Source of the DNA: Vitrella brassicaformis CCMP3155
Taxonomy: Eukaryota; Protista; Chromerida
Length of the DNA: 64,000 nt
Direction of reading: 5' to 3'
NCBI GenBank assembly: GCA_001179505.1
Contig: CDMY01000007.1
Location: 150,470-214,469 of the forward strand
Shown: piece by piece, positions 37,395 through 48,252 of the stretch
How positions within the stretch are numbered: the stretch's first letter is position 1
Layout of the letters: every line of letters begins with the position of its first letter
Position numbers and translations under genes: made by a program
Notes under the pieces: model-generated
What the model was told of the DNA's origin: nothing
Database searches by the model: none
Seen by the model: the letters and a program-made list of their open reading frames with translations, nothing else

Positions 37395-40300
37395 ATGAGT
37401 GACGCCGTCCCTCCACCGCCATCCAAGATAGGATCCCTCGAAGCCCCAACAGCCGCACTTGGCAACAGCGAGGACGGCGATGGAAAAACGCAGAACATTA
37501 ACGTGGCAGTGCGTGTGCGACCACTTCATGAGAGTGAGAAGAAGAGCTTCTCCAATGCGTGGCGCATCGACGGCAACGCCATTCACCAGGTCGGTGCAGC
37601 CTCGCAGAATGGACCTGGGCGAACATCGCGGCGACTCGTCCATATCTTTCTCTCTTTCTCTCAGGTCCTCCCGGGTGTCCAGAAGGGAGCAGTTGAGGCA
37701 GCGCTTCGGAAAGCGTCAGCTGAGCGGCCGCCAAAGGCTGCTGCTGGAGGACTTGGGTCGAGGGCGACCGCGAGCAAGGGAGAAGAGCCCTTTGAGCCCC
37801 TGACATTCACCTTCGAGACGATTCTGGGTGCAGACATCACAAATGCGGACCTATACGACCAGATGGCCACGCGGATGATCAAGAAAACAGTGTTCACAGG
37901 TACGAGGAAGACAGGACATACAATGGCCACTGAAAGCCATACATGTCTCGCAGGAATTAATGGCTGCTTTCTCACCTATGGCCCAACTGGATCTGGGAAG
38001 ACACACTCAATCATGGGGAATCACGACGATCCTGGCATCCTGCCACGCGCAATCGACGAGATATTCGCATCCATTGAGAGCTCGACAGAGAGCGAGACCA
38101 AGGATAAGACGCAAGAGACGCACGAGTTCTCCGTTCGATTCAGCTACTTAGAGATATACAAAGAGATGGTCACCGATCTTCTTCAAGACCCACCTGAGAA
38201 TCAAAACCTTGCCGTCAAAGAGGATCCCGGCAAAGGTACAACACCATGAATGTCTTTCATGTCTCCACGTATGTTTCCATGCAATCAGGATTCTTTGTAC
38301 AAGGAGTGCTCGAGCGTCTTATTTCGGGCGCTCAGGAGGCTCTGGTCCTCATCGGCGAGGGAGAGAGTAAACGAAGATATGCAGCCACTGACTTCAATGA
38401 GCGGTCCAGCCGATCCCATGTCGTTTGTACCTTCATTGTGGAAAAGACGACGACCAAAGTTACACGAACAAGCCCACGCGGTTCACCAGCTACGTCTCCA
38501 CCACTGCGCCGATCGTCATCACTCAATCTAGACAAGGCCAAAGGGGAAGATGGTATGACAGATCGGGGTCGGAAAGCAATCACACCAGATATTGGCGACT
38601 TGTGGCTACTGTGTGTACCCACAGTGCCTTCATCCAAGTCGGAGCGAGAGTTCGTGGCGGAAACAAAGACGACGTGTGTGGGGCGCTTGGTAAGTCTGTC
38701 GTGATGTTTACTACGTGCCAGTGTGAGTTCTCCCTCTCTTTCAGCACGTCGTCGATCTCGCCGGTTGTGAGCCGGCTGGGCACCTCAAGGGCGACCGGCT
38801 GGAGGAGGGCAAGTTGATCAACAAGTCCCTATTCTTCCTATCTGAGTGCATCTCCCGTCTCGTCAAGGCCCAACGCAAAGAAGACAAGGCGGAAAGGGAG
38901 GCGGCAGCCGCAGCGGCTGCAGCGTCGGCAGCGCCGGCACTCAAAGTGCCTCCATCCCCCCTTCCCAAGGGTCCCGGCCGCTCATCTGCCCCAACAGTGA
39001 CGGCCGGCACGATTCAGGAGAAGGCGGGCGCCGTATCACACACCCACATCCCGTATCGGGACTCCAAACTGACCAGACTCCTTGCCAATTCATTAGGAGG
39101 CAACAGTCACACGGTGCTCCTGGTCACGCTGAATCCCACAGAAAATCACGTTGACCAAGCCATCCAGGCTTTACGGTAGGCAGAAGGCGACGTCTCGCTC
39201 CCACAAGCCATGTACGCCGTGTCTCATGTTGAATACGTTCTTTCTTTACGGGCAGGTTTGCGGCCAGGGCCAAAATGATCAAGAACAGGATCGAGGAGAA
39301 CTTCATTTCGCCCGAACAATCCGTCATTCACCGCCAGAACGAGCTCATCAAACAACTGCAAGCACAGCTCCGGGATTTGGAGTCAAAGCTTAAGGATACT
39401 GGCCCTGGACGCGGCGACTTGCTTGTCATCACGAAACCACGAGTTGTTCTCCCTGATACAGAGAAGCGCGGCGAAGTGGATCCCGTTTTGTACGCGATGC
39501 GCCGCCAGTCTCTCGTGCCTCCTGGCGGCCTTGCGCGTGGCAAATCTGGTGTCAGTGAGGTGTCAGCGATCACGGAGGACAACGAGGAAGAGGAGGAGGA
39601 CGAAGGCACGCAAATGATCAATGAGATACAGGACAAGCTGGAGATGTTTCAAAAGATGATCTTCCGATCGCAAAGCAAAAGGGAAAAGGAGGCAGAGGTA
39701 AACGGAGACACACAGACATGACCACCATGAGGGATGGGCGTCCATTTTCGTTTTCTGTCTCTCAGGAGGAAGCCAAATACAATCGTGTCCGTCGCGCCAC
39801 TGAGGCAGCGCCGCTTGCATTGGCACGCGGTTTCAACAAGCTCGACATTCCGCCAGAGGCTACGCAAGCACGGCGCAGCTCCGCCATGCCTGGAACCATC
39901 TCCCTTCAGCTGGCATCCGCTCTCAGAAGCCCCGACGGCCGCAAGGGATCACTCAAGGTATCATGGCAAGACACAGTCCAAGAGGAGGATGACGGTTCAG
40001 AGCTGGCATCCTCTTGGGAGTCAATGAAGGAGAGACGCAAGCAGGCGGGGAAGAGGCCTGTTGAGAAGATCGACATGGCCACCAGCACCTCCCATCTGTC
40101 GCTCACTATCCCTGAGGCCCAGGCCGCGCCCAGTGACCTCGATAGAGTCAGCAGACGTCTGGAGAAAGTCGACGTTGTGTTGGAATACATTGTCAGCTAC
40201 CTCGACCGCAAGAAGAAGGGCCCCGACAACGAGGCTGTAGGCGAGGGGGTCGACAGAAGTGCCACCATGAAGCTGGAGGCCGATCTTGCGAAAACAGAGA

Positions 40301-43300
40301 AAGAGGAAGAGAATCCAGAAGAAGAAGAAGAAGAAGAGCAGGGACAAGACGGCATGTCTCGTCTTGCTCTTGCTGTAGACAAGGTCGAGGGCCGCATGTC
40401 AGGCTTAAAAGGCGGCATCAGAGGCATGATCGATCGCTCCAAGGCCGAGAAGATGCGCTGTGTTGAGAAGGAGAAAGAGCTCGAGTCAAAGAAGGAGAGG
40501 CTGGAGCAGTCTTACGAGGAGAAAGTCAAGAGCATCCAAGGAGCCACTGAGGAGCTTCAGGACCGCCTCAAGGCGAGCCGCGATGCAGAGTACGAAAGTC
40601 TTCAAAAAGTGGAGGACCTCGAGACCGTCACCGTGGCTCAAGAGAAGGATATCGAGAGATTGCAGCAGGAACTCATCGAGGCTACAGAAAAAGCGGAGGC
40701 CAAAGGTGAATCTTGGTGCTTTCAACTGCAAAGAACCACTTTGGTTGGCGATTCCCCTTGTCCTTGCTTGTCATGCAGACGCAGAGGTCGAGCGAGCCAT
40801 TGCGGCTGCTGAAAGCGAGAAAGAGGCGCTGAAGGCAGATGAGGCCCGACTGAAGGCACAAAACGCCCATCTCATCTACGAGAAGGTCAAGCCCATCCCA
40901 TATGCATTTCTCGAGACTGCCGTTCCTAGATCTGCTTTCCGCTTCCTCAGGTCACACTTGAGACCAAGTTGGAGGAGCTGCAGAAGCAAATGGAAGATTG
41001 CGAGAAGCAGTACGAGCAGAAACTAGATAATTTCAAAGATCAAGCGAGGAAGTTCCAAGAACAGGCGAAGGCCCAGATGCGACGCCTGTCAATGAACACA
41101 AGGGGATTGGTGGGCCACGGCATGCGTCTTGCTGACCGCAACGCCAGACGGCTGTCGGCAGCCAGCATGCCCATTCCAGAAACGAGAGATGAAGCCGAGC
41201 TTGAAGAGCCGCCGGCCAGGTCGGCTTCTGTGGGTGAGACATCCGGGCGACTGGTGCCTAAGGGCTCAACAGACGTCCTCATGTCCCGCGGTACAGTCGC
41301 TGTGTCGGACTTTGGCTGCCAATTTGGCGATGAGAACGAGATAGACCACCAAGGCATGCAGACCGAGACAAAGGAGCTAACATCCAGCGAGATGCAAGCG
41401 CGTGTGGAAGGCCGAGACTCAGGCGCTCTGCAAACCGAGCCTATTGAGGCTATCGAGCAAGCTATACAGAGCGAGAAGCTGATGGGCCTTACTGACCAAA
41501 TGACGCAGAGTGCGCCCGAGATCAAAGACCAGATGGAGCAGGCTGCACTAGAGACACAAGAGGCGGGGAGCCAACACATTGCGCACGCGCTATTGGAAGG
41601 GAGCGTGCAGACTGCGGTGTCTTTCAGCGGGGCGGGCTTTATTGAGGGCACCGTGCAGACAGAAGGCGCCGTGCTTCAAGACAGCGATATGCACATGGCG
41701 TCAGTTCCCCCTTCGGAGAGGCTGGAGGCGGCCATGCAGACAGATAACACTGAAGGAAGCCATGCTGAATCCCAGACTGACGCCCTCGAGAACCTCCTCG
41801 TCTTCAACAGCACGCAGACGGAAACTCGGGAAACAAGGGACCAGGAGGGCCAGATTGAGGCCCCCGTCTACCAGGACCAGAGCAGCCGGTGGGAAGGCGG
41901 CTCCCAAATGGATACGGCCGTCCAGACAAGTATTGGTGAGGGGATCCTGGCGAATGACAAGGCAACACAAGCTCTCCAGAACACTGATGTGGCTGAGGCT
42001 CAGACGGAGAGCCCCCTCATAACCGGAGCTGCGGCCTCAATCGGCAATCAGACGGACGAAAAGAAGACCGACAGCCGAATTTCGCAGACCGACGCCCTTC
42101 CTGTCCAGCATGCCATGAACCAGACGGATGTCTCTCACCTGAGGTGTCCAGCAACTCCACGAGCGACCCAAACAGTCATCAATTGCGACCATGCAGCCTG
42201 TCAGACTGACGCAGCAGGACTGGCTGAGCCACAGACTACGGCCATGCAGACCGACAAGTCGGCTCTGGGCACCTCGGGAGTGCAGACGCACACGGCAGCT
42301 CTTCTGGAGGCCAGCACATCTCATACGGACCTGCTTGGCTCGTCTCACGCCATGAACCAGACTGAAGCGGCTCTCACTCGGGTGCCTGAGAAGGAGCAGC
42401 AAACGCAGGTTGAAGTGGCGACGAGGGGCGGCGAAAGTCATACCGCGGAGTCCCTCTTGACGAAACGCCAAAGCCACTCGTTCTCCCAGACAGACCTGTC
42501 GCTGGTGAAAGTCGTCCCTGAAGACAAGCACACGCAGACGATGGCAAGGACGGAGAAGACGGCCACACAGACAGATGAGACGCGGATCGACCCCAAGCAG
42601 AAAGGCAAAGGAGTCCAGACACAAGCGGTGGTGGTGGAGGCCAAGCGCTCCCAGACCGACCCGCCCCCTCTGGAAGACGTCCGCAGCCAAACCGAGCTCT
42701 CACTTGTGCGACACACGACTCGCGACTCGAGCAGCCAGAGCCCTCAGATGCCACCCTTGCCGCCCCCAACCAGCAGAAGGGACAGCTCGGGCCAGACGAT
42801 TGAGTCGCCGCGACGCGCAAGCCCAAGTCAGACCGAAGACACGCCGAGGCGTGCTTCTGTCACACAGACGGATCGGGCGGCTTCGAGGGAGAGGGACATA
42901 CAGACCGAGCCGAGACAGTGCAGGTCCGTTGCCTCCGGAGAACCCAGCCCCACTGAAGTGCGCGTGCGATCGACCCAGACCGACAGCGGTGTCCCATCTC
43001 CCTCTCCCCGCTCAGAGGGCGGCATGGCTTGTCCACATTGGCACGGACCGATGGTGCCACCGTCTTCGTCGCTCATCACTCCTCGACCGACGGACCCATT
43101 TCAGCCGTTTCTGCCCCAACAGCAGCAGCATGCAGTGGAGCAGCAGCAGCAGCAGCAGCAACAGCAGTACCTGCAGCAGCCGCAGCAGCTGCAGACTGAT
43201 GGAGGCGAGATGCGTCGTGCTACATATTTGGTTGGCGATGGACCCGTGCAGCCTGAATGCCGCGGCTCAGGATACATCGTCATTCAGGCAAGCGACCGCA

Positions 43301-44302
43301 GCCCATCTGCACCTCCCCCCGCTCCCCCTCCCTCCCTTCATATCACCAACACGGTCACATCAGCCTCCCCTGCACGCGACCCTTCCGTGGGCGGTTCGGC
43401 GGTCGGGAGCCCGGAGGACAAGAGGATCATCGTGACACGCAGCTCCACAAGACAGGCACACGACGACCCCGTGGCCCATGTGCCAAGGAACAGGGAGAGG
43501 GAGGAGAGGGATGAGCGCCATGTGGAGCGGGAGAGGGACGGGGAGATGGCCGAGATGATTCGCTTGCTGCGGCGTGTGCTGGAAGGAAACATGCCCGCTG
43601 AGGCGGTGCCTGGTGCGCTGGCGTCGATTAGGGGGGGCGGTGGTGTGGCCGGCCAAGGCGTGCCGGCACTGGGCAGCAGGGGGCCCGAGTGTGGTGCGCC
43701 TAGTCTGCGGTGTCGATATGTGACGAGAGGGGCAGCAGGGGGGGCAGATGACCGCCAGCTGCAGAACGTAAGACAGAGACACGGGCTCCATTCTCTGCCT
43801 GCACATCTGCCTGTCGATTCTTGCTGTTCAGGAGCTAGATCAGCTGCGCCGGATGTTGGCCGATTTGACTGACAAATCAAGGGCCATTATATCGTCCCGT
43901 GATTTGTCGGTGAGGCCACACAAAAGAGAAGCACATGAGGCAAAGGACTGCTACCACCAACCCGCTCCATCGTCCAGACCCCCCCTGCTGGGCGGTGGCC
44001 CCGTCATCCACTGCCCGGCGGTTGGGCGTATTCCTGACACACACAAGATTGGACCACGCGGCACGGGAGGCGGCGGGGGCGCACAGATAAACATACTAGG
44101 CGGTGGTCTGAGAGGCCGGGGCATGGCGGCTGAGTCTGGTCAAGGAGTGGATGACCAATTTCTGTTCTTTGTCTCGACACCGGCCACTTCGCCAAGGAGG
44201 GCGGGGGTGGACAGCAGAAGGCACGAGACGATGCAGGAGAAGCTTGTGCCGCAGAGTGCGAGACAGGAGAGAGACAAGAGGCCTTTCTACTACAGGTGGT
44301 GA
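37395..44302 (+). CDS. Kinesin with N-terminal motor (kinesin-7/CENP-E-like), coiled coil and a long QT-repeat tail
   Basis: NINVAVRVRPL, AWRIDGNAIHQ, P-loop YGPTGSGKTHS, FSYLEIYKE, switch I NERSSRSH, switch II VVDLAGCE, INKSLFFL, HIPYRDSKLTRLLANSLGGNS. Coiled-coil exons follow, then a 967-aa exon. The last exon is spliced at about 43767 to 43832 and ends FYYRW* at 44302. Confidence 0.93.
41350..42990 (+). repeat. Protein-level array of about 30 xxQT[D/E/x] motifs in the kinesin tail
   Basis: Counted by hand in ORF 40969..43872: GMQTE, ALQTE, TVQTE, AMQTD, ESQTD, STQTE, GNQTD, ISQTD, MNQTD, ATQTV, ACQTD, ATQTD, RSQTD, VTQTD, DIQTE, STQTD and others. The spacers between motifs are divergent. 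Confidence 0.85.
43117..43194 (+). repeat. CAG/CAA trinucleotide tract encoding interrupted polyglutamine in the kinesin tail
   Basis: QQQQHAVEQQQQQQQQQYLQQPQQLQ read directly from the sequence. Confidence 0.9.
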
Positions 44303-44399
44303 CTGTGTGCGTGAGTGAGACACACATACATTTGATAGATCCATGCGGTAGACGGCTAGTGCAGATACGTACATAGAGACTTTGTGCAATGGCGACGGA

Positions 44400-44917
44400 T
44401 CTCGATGACGGATGGATGGATGGATCTGCATCAATCGGAATCAGATCAGACACAGCGTACTGTACAAGCATTGCACTCCGCACTGACCATGTGCATCTCT
44501 GTTTGTTGCCGGAACGGGATAACGAGCATCTTCGCAGAGATTCTGTGTTCCCAACCTCATCGTCGCAGTGGAACGACAGGTTCTTGCTCTCGTCTGTTGG
44601 AGGGGCTCTCTCGATGTCTTTGGAGCTCGAGCCTCCCGCTGGTGTCTCGGTGGGCTCGTTTCCGTCTTCCTGGCCATCCTTGAAAGAGTGTGCCTTGTTC
44701 AGGGCCGGCGTGTTGGCTGCAGGGGTGGGCAGGGATGACTCGTGGCTGGACGGCCTCGTCTCGACATCGTTGCCGAGACCCTTGGGGGCGTCTCCCTTTC
44801 ACTCAGAGCGTTGTTTGACGGCTCTCATTCGCGAGGACAGACCTGTATCCTGGCCGACCACGTGCGCGGAGTGTAGAAAGTCAGCTTGCCAGCAATGCGA
44901 ACGCATGGGCAGCTCAT
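44400..44917 (-). CDS. Possible small orphan gene divergent from TM9SF; structure uncertain
   Basis: The minus frame from 44798 reads as a natural disordered protein (KGDAPKGLGNDVETRPSSHESSLPTPAANTPALNKAHSFKDGQEDGNEPTETP...). It could join MSCPCVRIAGKLTFYTPRTWSARIQ (ATG 44917) through a 47-nt intron at 44842-44796, but the acceptor is weak. Confidence 0.3.
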
Positions 44918-44992
44918 GGCCAGGGTGCATCCGCTTTGCACTTTCTCCTCCGCCGTTTAGTGAAGCATGATCTAGGACGCGGAGAGGTCCGC

Positions 44993-45018
44993 TGCGAGCC
45001 AGCTAATTTGAGCTCGCA
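44993..45018. promoter_or_regulatory. Inverted repeat TGCGAGC-n12-GCTCGCA upstream of TM9SF
   Basis: TGCGAGC at 44993-44999 and GCTCGCA at 45012-45018, the same arms as at 16823-16841. It lies about 80 bp before ATG 45101. Confidence 0.45.
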
Positions 45019-45100
45019 AATGCTAACCGACTCGAGGAGATTCTCCGGAGAGGGCTGAGAAACGGCGAACGAAGCGCACAGCACATTGGCATCGGCGTAG

Positions 45101-48100
45101 ATGGGAAGAGGCCGGATCTTAGCAAGGCGGCCGCTAAGGCCTTCGCTTGCCGCTGCTACCTCGCTCGCGCTGCTGCAGGTGACTGCAGCATTTTATCTGC
45201 CTGGCGTGGCACCCACAGAGTATGAGGAAGGCAAGAAGGTGCAGCTAAAGGTCAACAAAATCACGTCCGTCAAGACCCAGCTCCCTTACAGGTGAGCGCA
45301 ACCACGTGGCACCACGACACGACAGGCAAGTGTGTGTCTTGTGCAGGTACTACTACTTGCCATACTGCGAGCCCGAGAACGTCAAGGAGAGTGTGGAGAA
45401 TCTGGGCGAGATCCTGGCGGGCGACGTCATCGAAACATCCAGCTATGAGGTGAATGGGATGAGATAATTAACACCTCACTCACCCTTCGCAAGCCGACTC
45501 AGCTGGAGCGGGCGTGTTTCTCTCTTGTGTGTGGCCCGGCCGTCCGTGTGTGCATCAATCAATCGCCTCAGATGAAGATGAAGGAGGACGTTCAGTGCAA
45601 GATCTTGTGTGAGAAGAAGCTCGACACCGACAAGCGGTCGCTCTTCAAGGAGGTCATCGACGACGAATACCAAGTCAACTGGTAGGTACCACACGCACGC
45701 CACACACTGACCGCTGCACGCCCGCTGACTGATGCGATGCGTCTTCTGTGTGTTCCGCCACGTCAGGCTGATCGACAATCTTCCCGCTGCGACGCGTTAC
45801 GAGGTGAATCGCGGGGCCCAGAAGGACTTCTACTACACCAACGGATTCCCTGTCGGCAGCAAAGCCGGGGTACGACGATCCTCAAGCACACACACGACAG
45901 CTGCCTTGTGCGGTGCGCGTATGGGTAATTGACGTTCGTTCATTAGGGCAAGCACTACCTGCACAACCACGTGGACATTGTGCTCAAGTACCACCAGCCG
46001 CGAAAGGGCGTCGAGAAATACAGAATCGTCGGATTCGAGGTCGCGCCACACAGGCAAGCCGACCGACGCACACTGACTGACGAGGCAGTGCACAAACCCG
46101 TCACTGAATGTCATGCGTGTGGTGCATTGCAGCATGCTTCACAAGAATGGCGGGTGTGAGGGTGTGGATGACCTGCTGGAGCTGGACTCGCTGTCCAACG
46201 ACCAGTCGGTGGCCTTCAGCTACAGCGTCAAGTGGGAGCCGTCTGACGTCCGGTGGGCGTCACGGTGGGACATCTACCTCAGGAGCCAGGCCACGGACGA
46301 TCAAATACACTGGTCAGCCATCAGCCACTGAGCGGGGCGAACAGGGAGGGTGGGAGAGCTGGGCTTGCAAGCATGTTCTTTATGCGGATGGATTGTATGA
46401 GCAGGTTTTCGATCATCAATTCGCTGATGATCGTGCTGTTCCTTTCGGGAATGGTCGCCATGATCCTCCTCAGGACTCTTCACAGAGATATCGCAAAATA
46501 CAATGAGGTCAGACAGACATACCCAACACCCACCCACTCGACTCGTGCGGATTTCTTTCATTCGGTGCAGATGGCTTTGGCGGAGGAGGCGCAGGAAGAG
46601 ACCGGATGGAAACTCGTCCACGGGGACGTCTTCAGGAAGCCGCCACACAGCCAAATCCTAGCCTGCTCAGCCGGATCGGGGATACAGGTACATAAAAGCC
46701 AGAGAGAGGGACAGAGAGAGAGAGAGAGAGGGAGAGAGGCAACACATGCGCTCGTGTGCGTCATGTGTGCAGATTCTTGGTATGACGATTGTGCTGCTGA
46801 TATTCGTGGCGCTCGGGTTCCTGTCGCCCGCTTACCGCGGCAGCATCCTGCAGGCGATGCTGTTGCTCTTTACCTTCATGGGCATCTTCGCAGGATACAC
46901 CTCGGCCAGATTCTACAAAATGATGAAGGTCAGAACATACAAACACCTACGGAATGCCATGCGCCAGTCGCGGCTTGTTTGCATGTGTACCGGTTCGTTC
47001 GTGTGTCTGTCTGTCAGGGAGAGGACTGGAAGCGGACGACACTGCTGACGGCATTCCTGTACCCCGGCACAGTGTTTGTCATCTTCTTTGTCCTCGACCT
47101 CCTTCTGTGGGGCGAGCAGTCGTCGGGCGCCGTGCCATTCTCCACCATGTTCGCCCTGCTCGTCCTCTGGTTCGGCATATCCACGCCACTCGTCTTTCTG
47201 GTGAGCCCAGCCGGGGGGCTGGCCTGGTGTGGTACACGTGGTCGTAGGCAGCCTGACCGGAAAATGGCTCTGTGCGTGTGTGTGTGTGTGTGTGTTGTCA
47301 GGGTGCGTATTTCGGTTACAAGGCCCAGCCGATATCGCTGCCGGTGCGAACGAACCAGATCCCACGTCAGATCCCCGCACAGCCCTGGTTCATTGGGCCA
47401 ATCTTCACCTGCCTCGTCGGCGGCGTGCTGCCTTTCGGGTGAGAGAGGGAAGACCAAAGTGTGGCCTCCTCTGTTAATTGCAGTGCTGTCATGTCCGCCG
47501 CCGTCTGTCTGGGTGTATGCAGAGCTGTGTTTACTGAGTTGTTTTTCATCATGTCGTCGCTCTGGCAGCACCAGTTCTACTACCTATTCGGTGGGGGAGG
47601 GACACAGAGGGCGTTCCGTGGCCTTCGTTACTTACAAACAGCCCAAATTGCGTGGGTGCGTGGGTGTGGTGTGCTGGTGTGTGTATTGACTGATTGGTCC
47701 GTGAAGGGTTCTTGCTGCTGGTGTTGGTGATTCTGATCTTGACATGTGCCGAGATCTCGATCGCCCTGACGTACTTCCAGCTGGCGAGTGAGGACTACAA
47801 CTGGTGGTGGCGCTCATTCTTCGCCTCGGCCGTCAGCGCCTTCTACGTGTTCCTCTACTCTGTCCTCTACTTCGCCACACGGTACCGTACGGGCAGGCAG
47901 TCATTCCCACCACACGGATTGGATTGCAATAATGCATTGGCGGGAGGCATGGCATGCTTTCCTTCTCTTTGTGTGGCTTGTGTGTGTGTGTGTGCAGGTT
48001 ACAGATCAACAAGTTCGTGTCGATACTGCTTTATTTCGGTTACATGTTCATCATCTCGTTCTCATTCTTCCTCCTCACCGGTAAGTGAAAGTGGGTCGGT

Positions 48101-48252
48101 CGGGTGCTGTGCTCGCACCGCAGATCGATGTCTCTCCCTCTCCGTCCCCCTCACTGCACTTTTTGTCTGTTGGCGTGCCTGCAGGTTCCATCGGGTTCAT
48201 ATCAACATTTTATTTCGTGAGGGCCATCTACGGCTCCATCAAGGTCGACTGA
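45101..48252 (+). CDS. TM9SF: Transmembrane 9 superfamily protein (EMP70/nonaspanin)
   Basis: Signal peptide then FYLPGVAP, VNKITSVKTQLPY, ENLGEILAGD, DNLP, IHWFSIINSLMIVLFLSGMVAMILLRTL, EETGWKLVHGDVFR, SSGAVPF, WFGISTPLVF, PVRTNQIPRQIP, EDYNWWWRSF, ending GSIKVD* (KxD/E retention motif). Confidence 0.96.

Noticed and set aside
41040-42826. Minus-strand ORFs of 150-217 aa (41040..41651, 42037..42690, 42374..42826)
   Set aside because: Antisense to the 967-aa kinesin tail exon, with no independent motifs.
41350-42990. Regularly spaced CAGAC(C/G/T)GA DNA words resembling a CRISPR or satellite array
   Set aside because: They are codons for the QT[D/E] protein motif. There is no fixed 25-40 bp repeat, spacing is variable, and no cas genes are present.
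44799-44801. In-frame TGA as possible selenocysteine or readthrough
   Set aside because: No redox motif context and no SECIS recognised; an intron or non-coding explanation is simpler.
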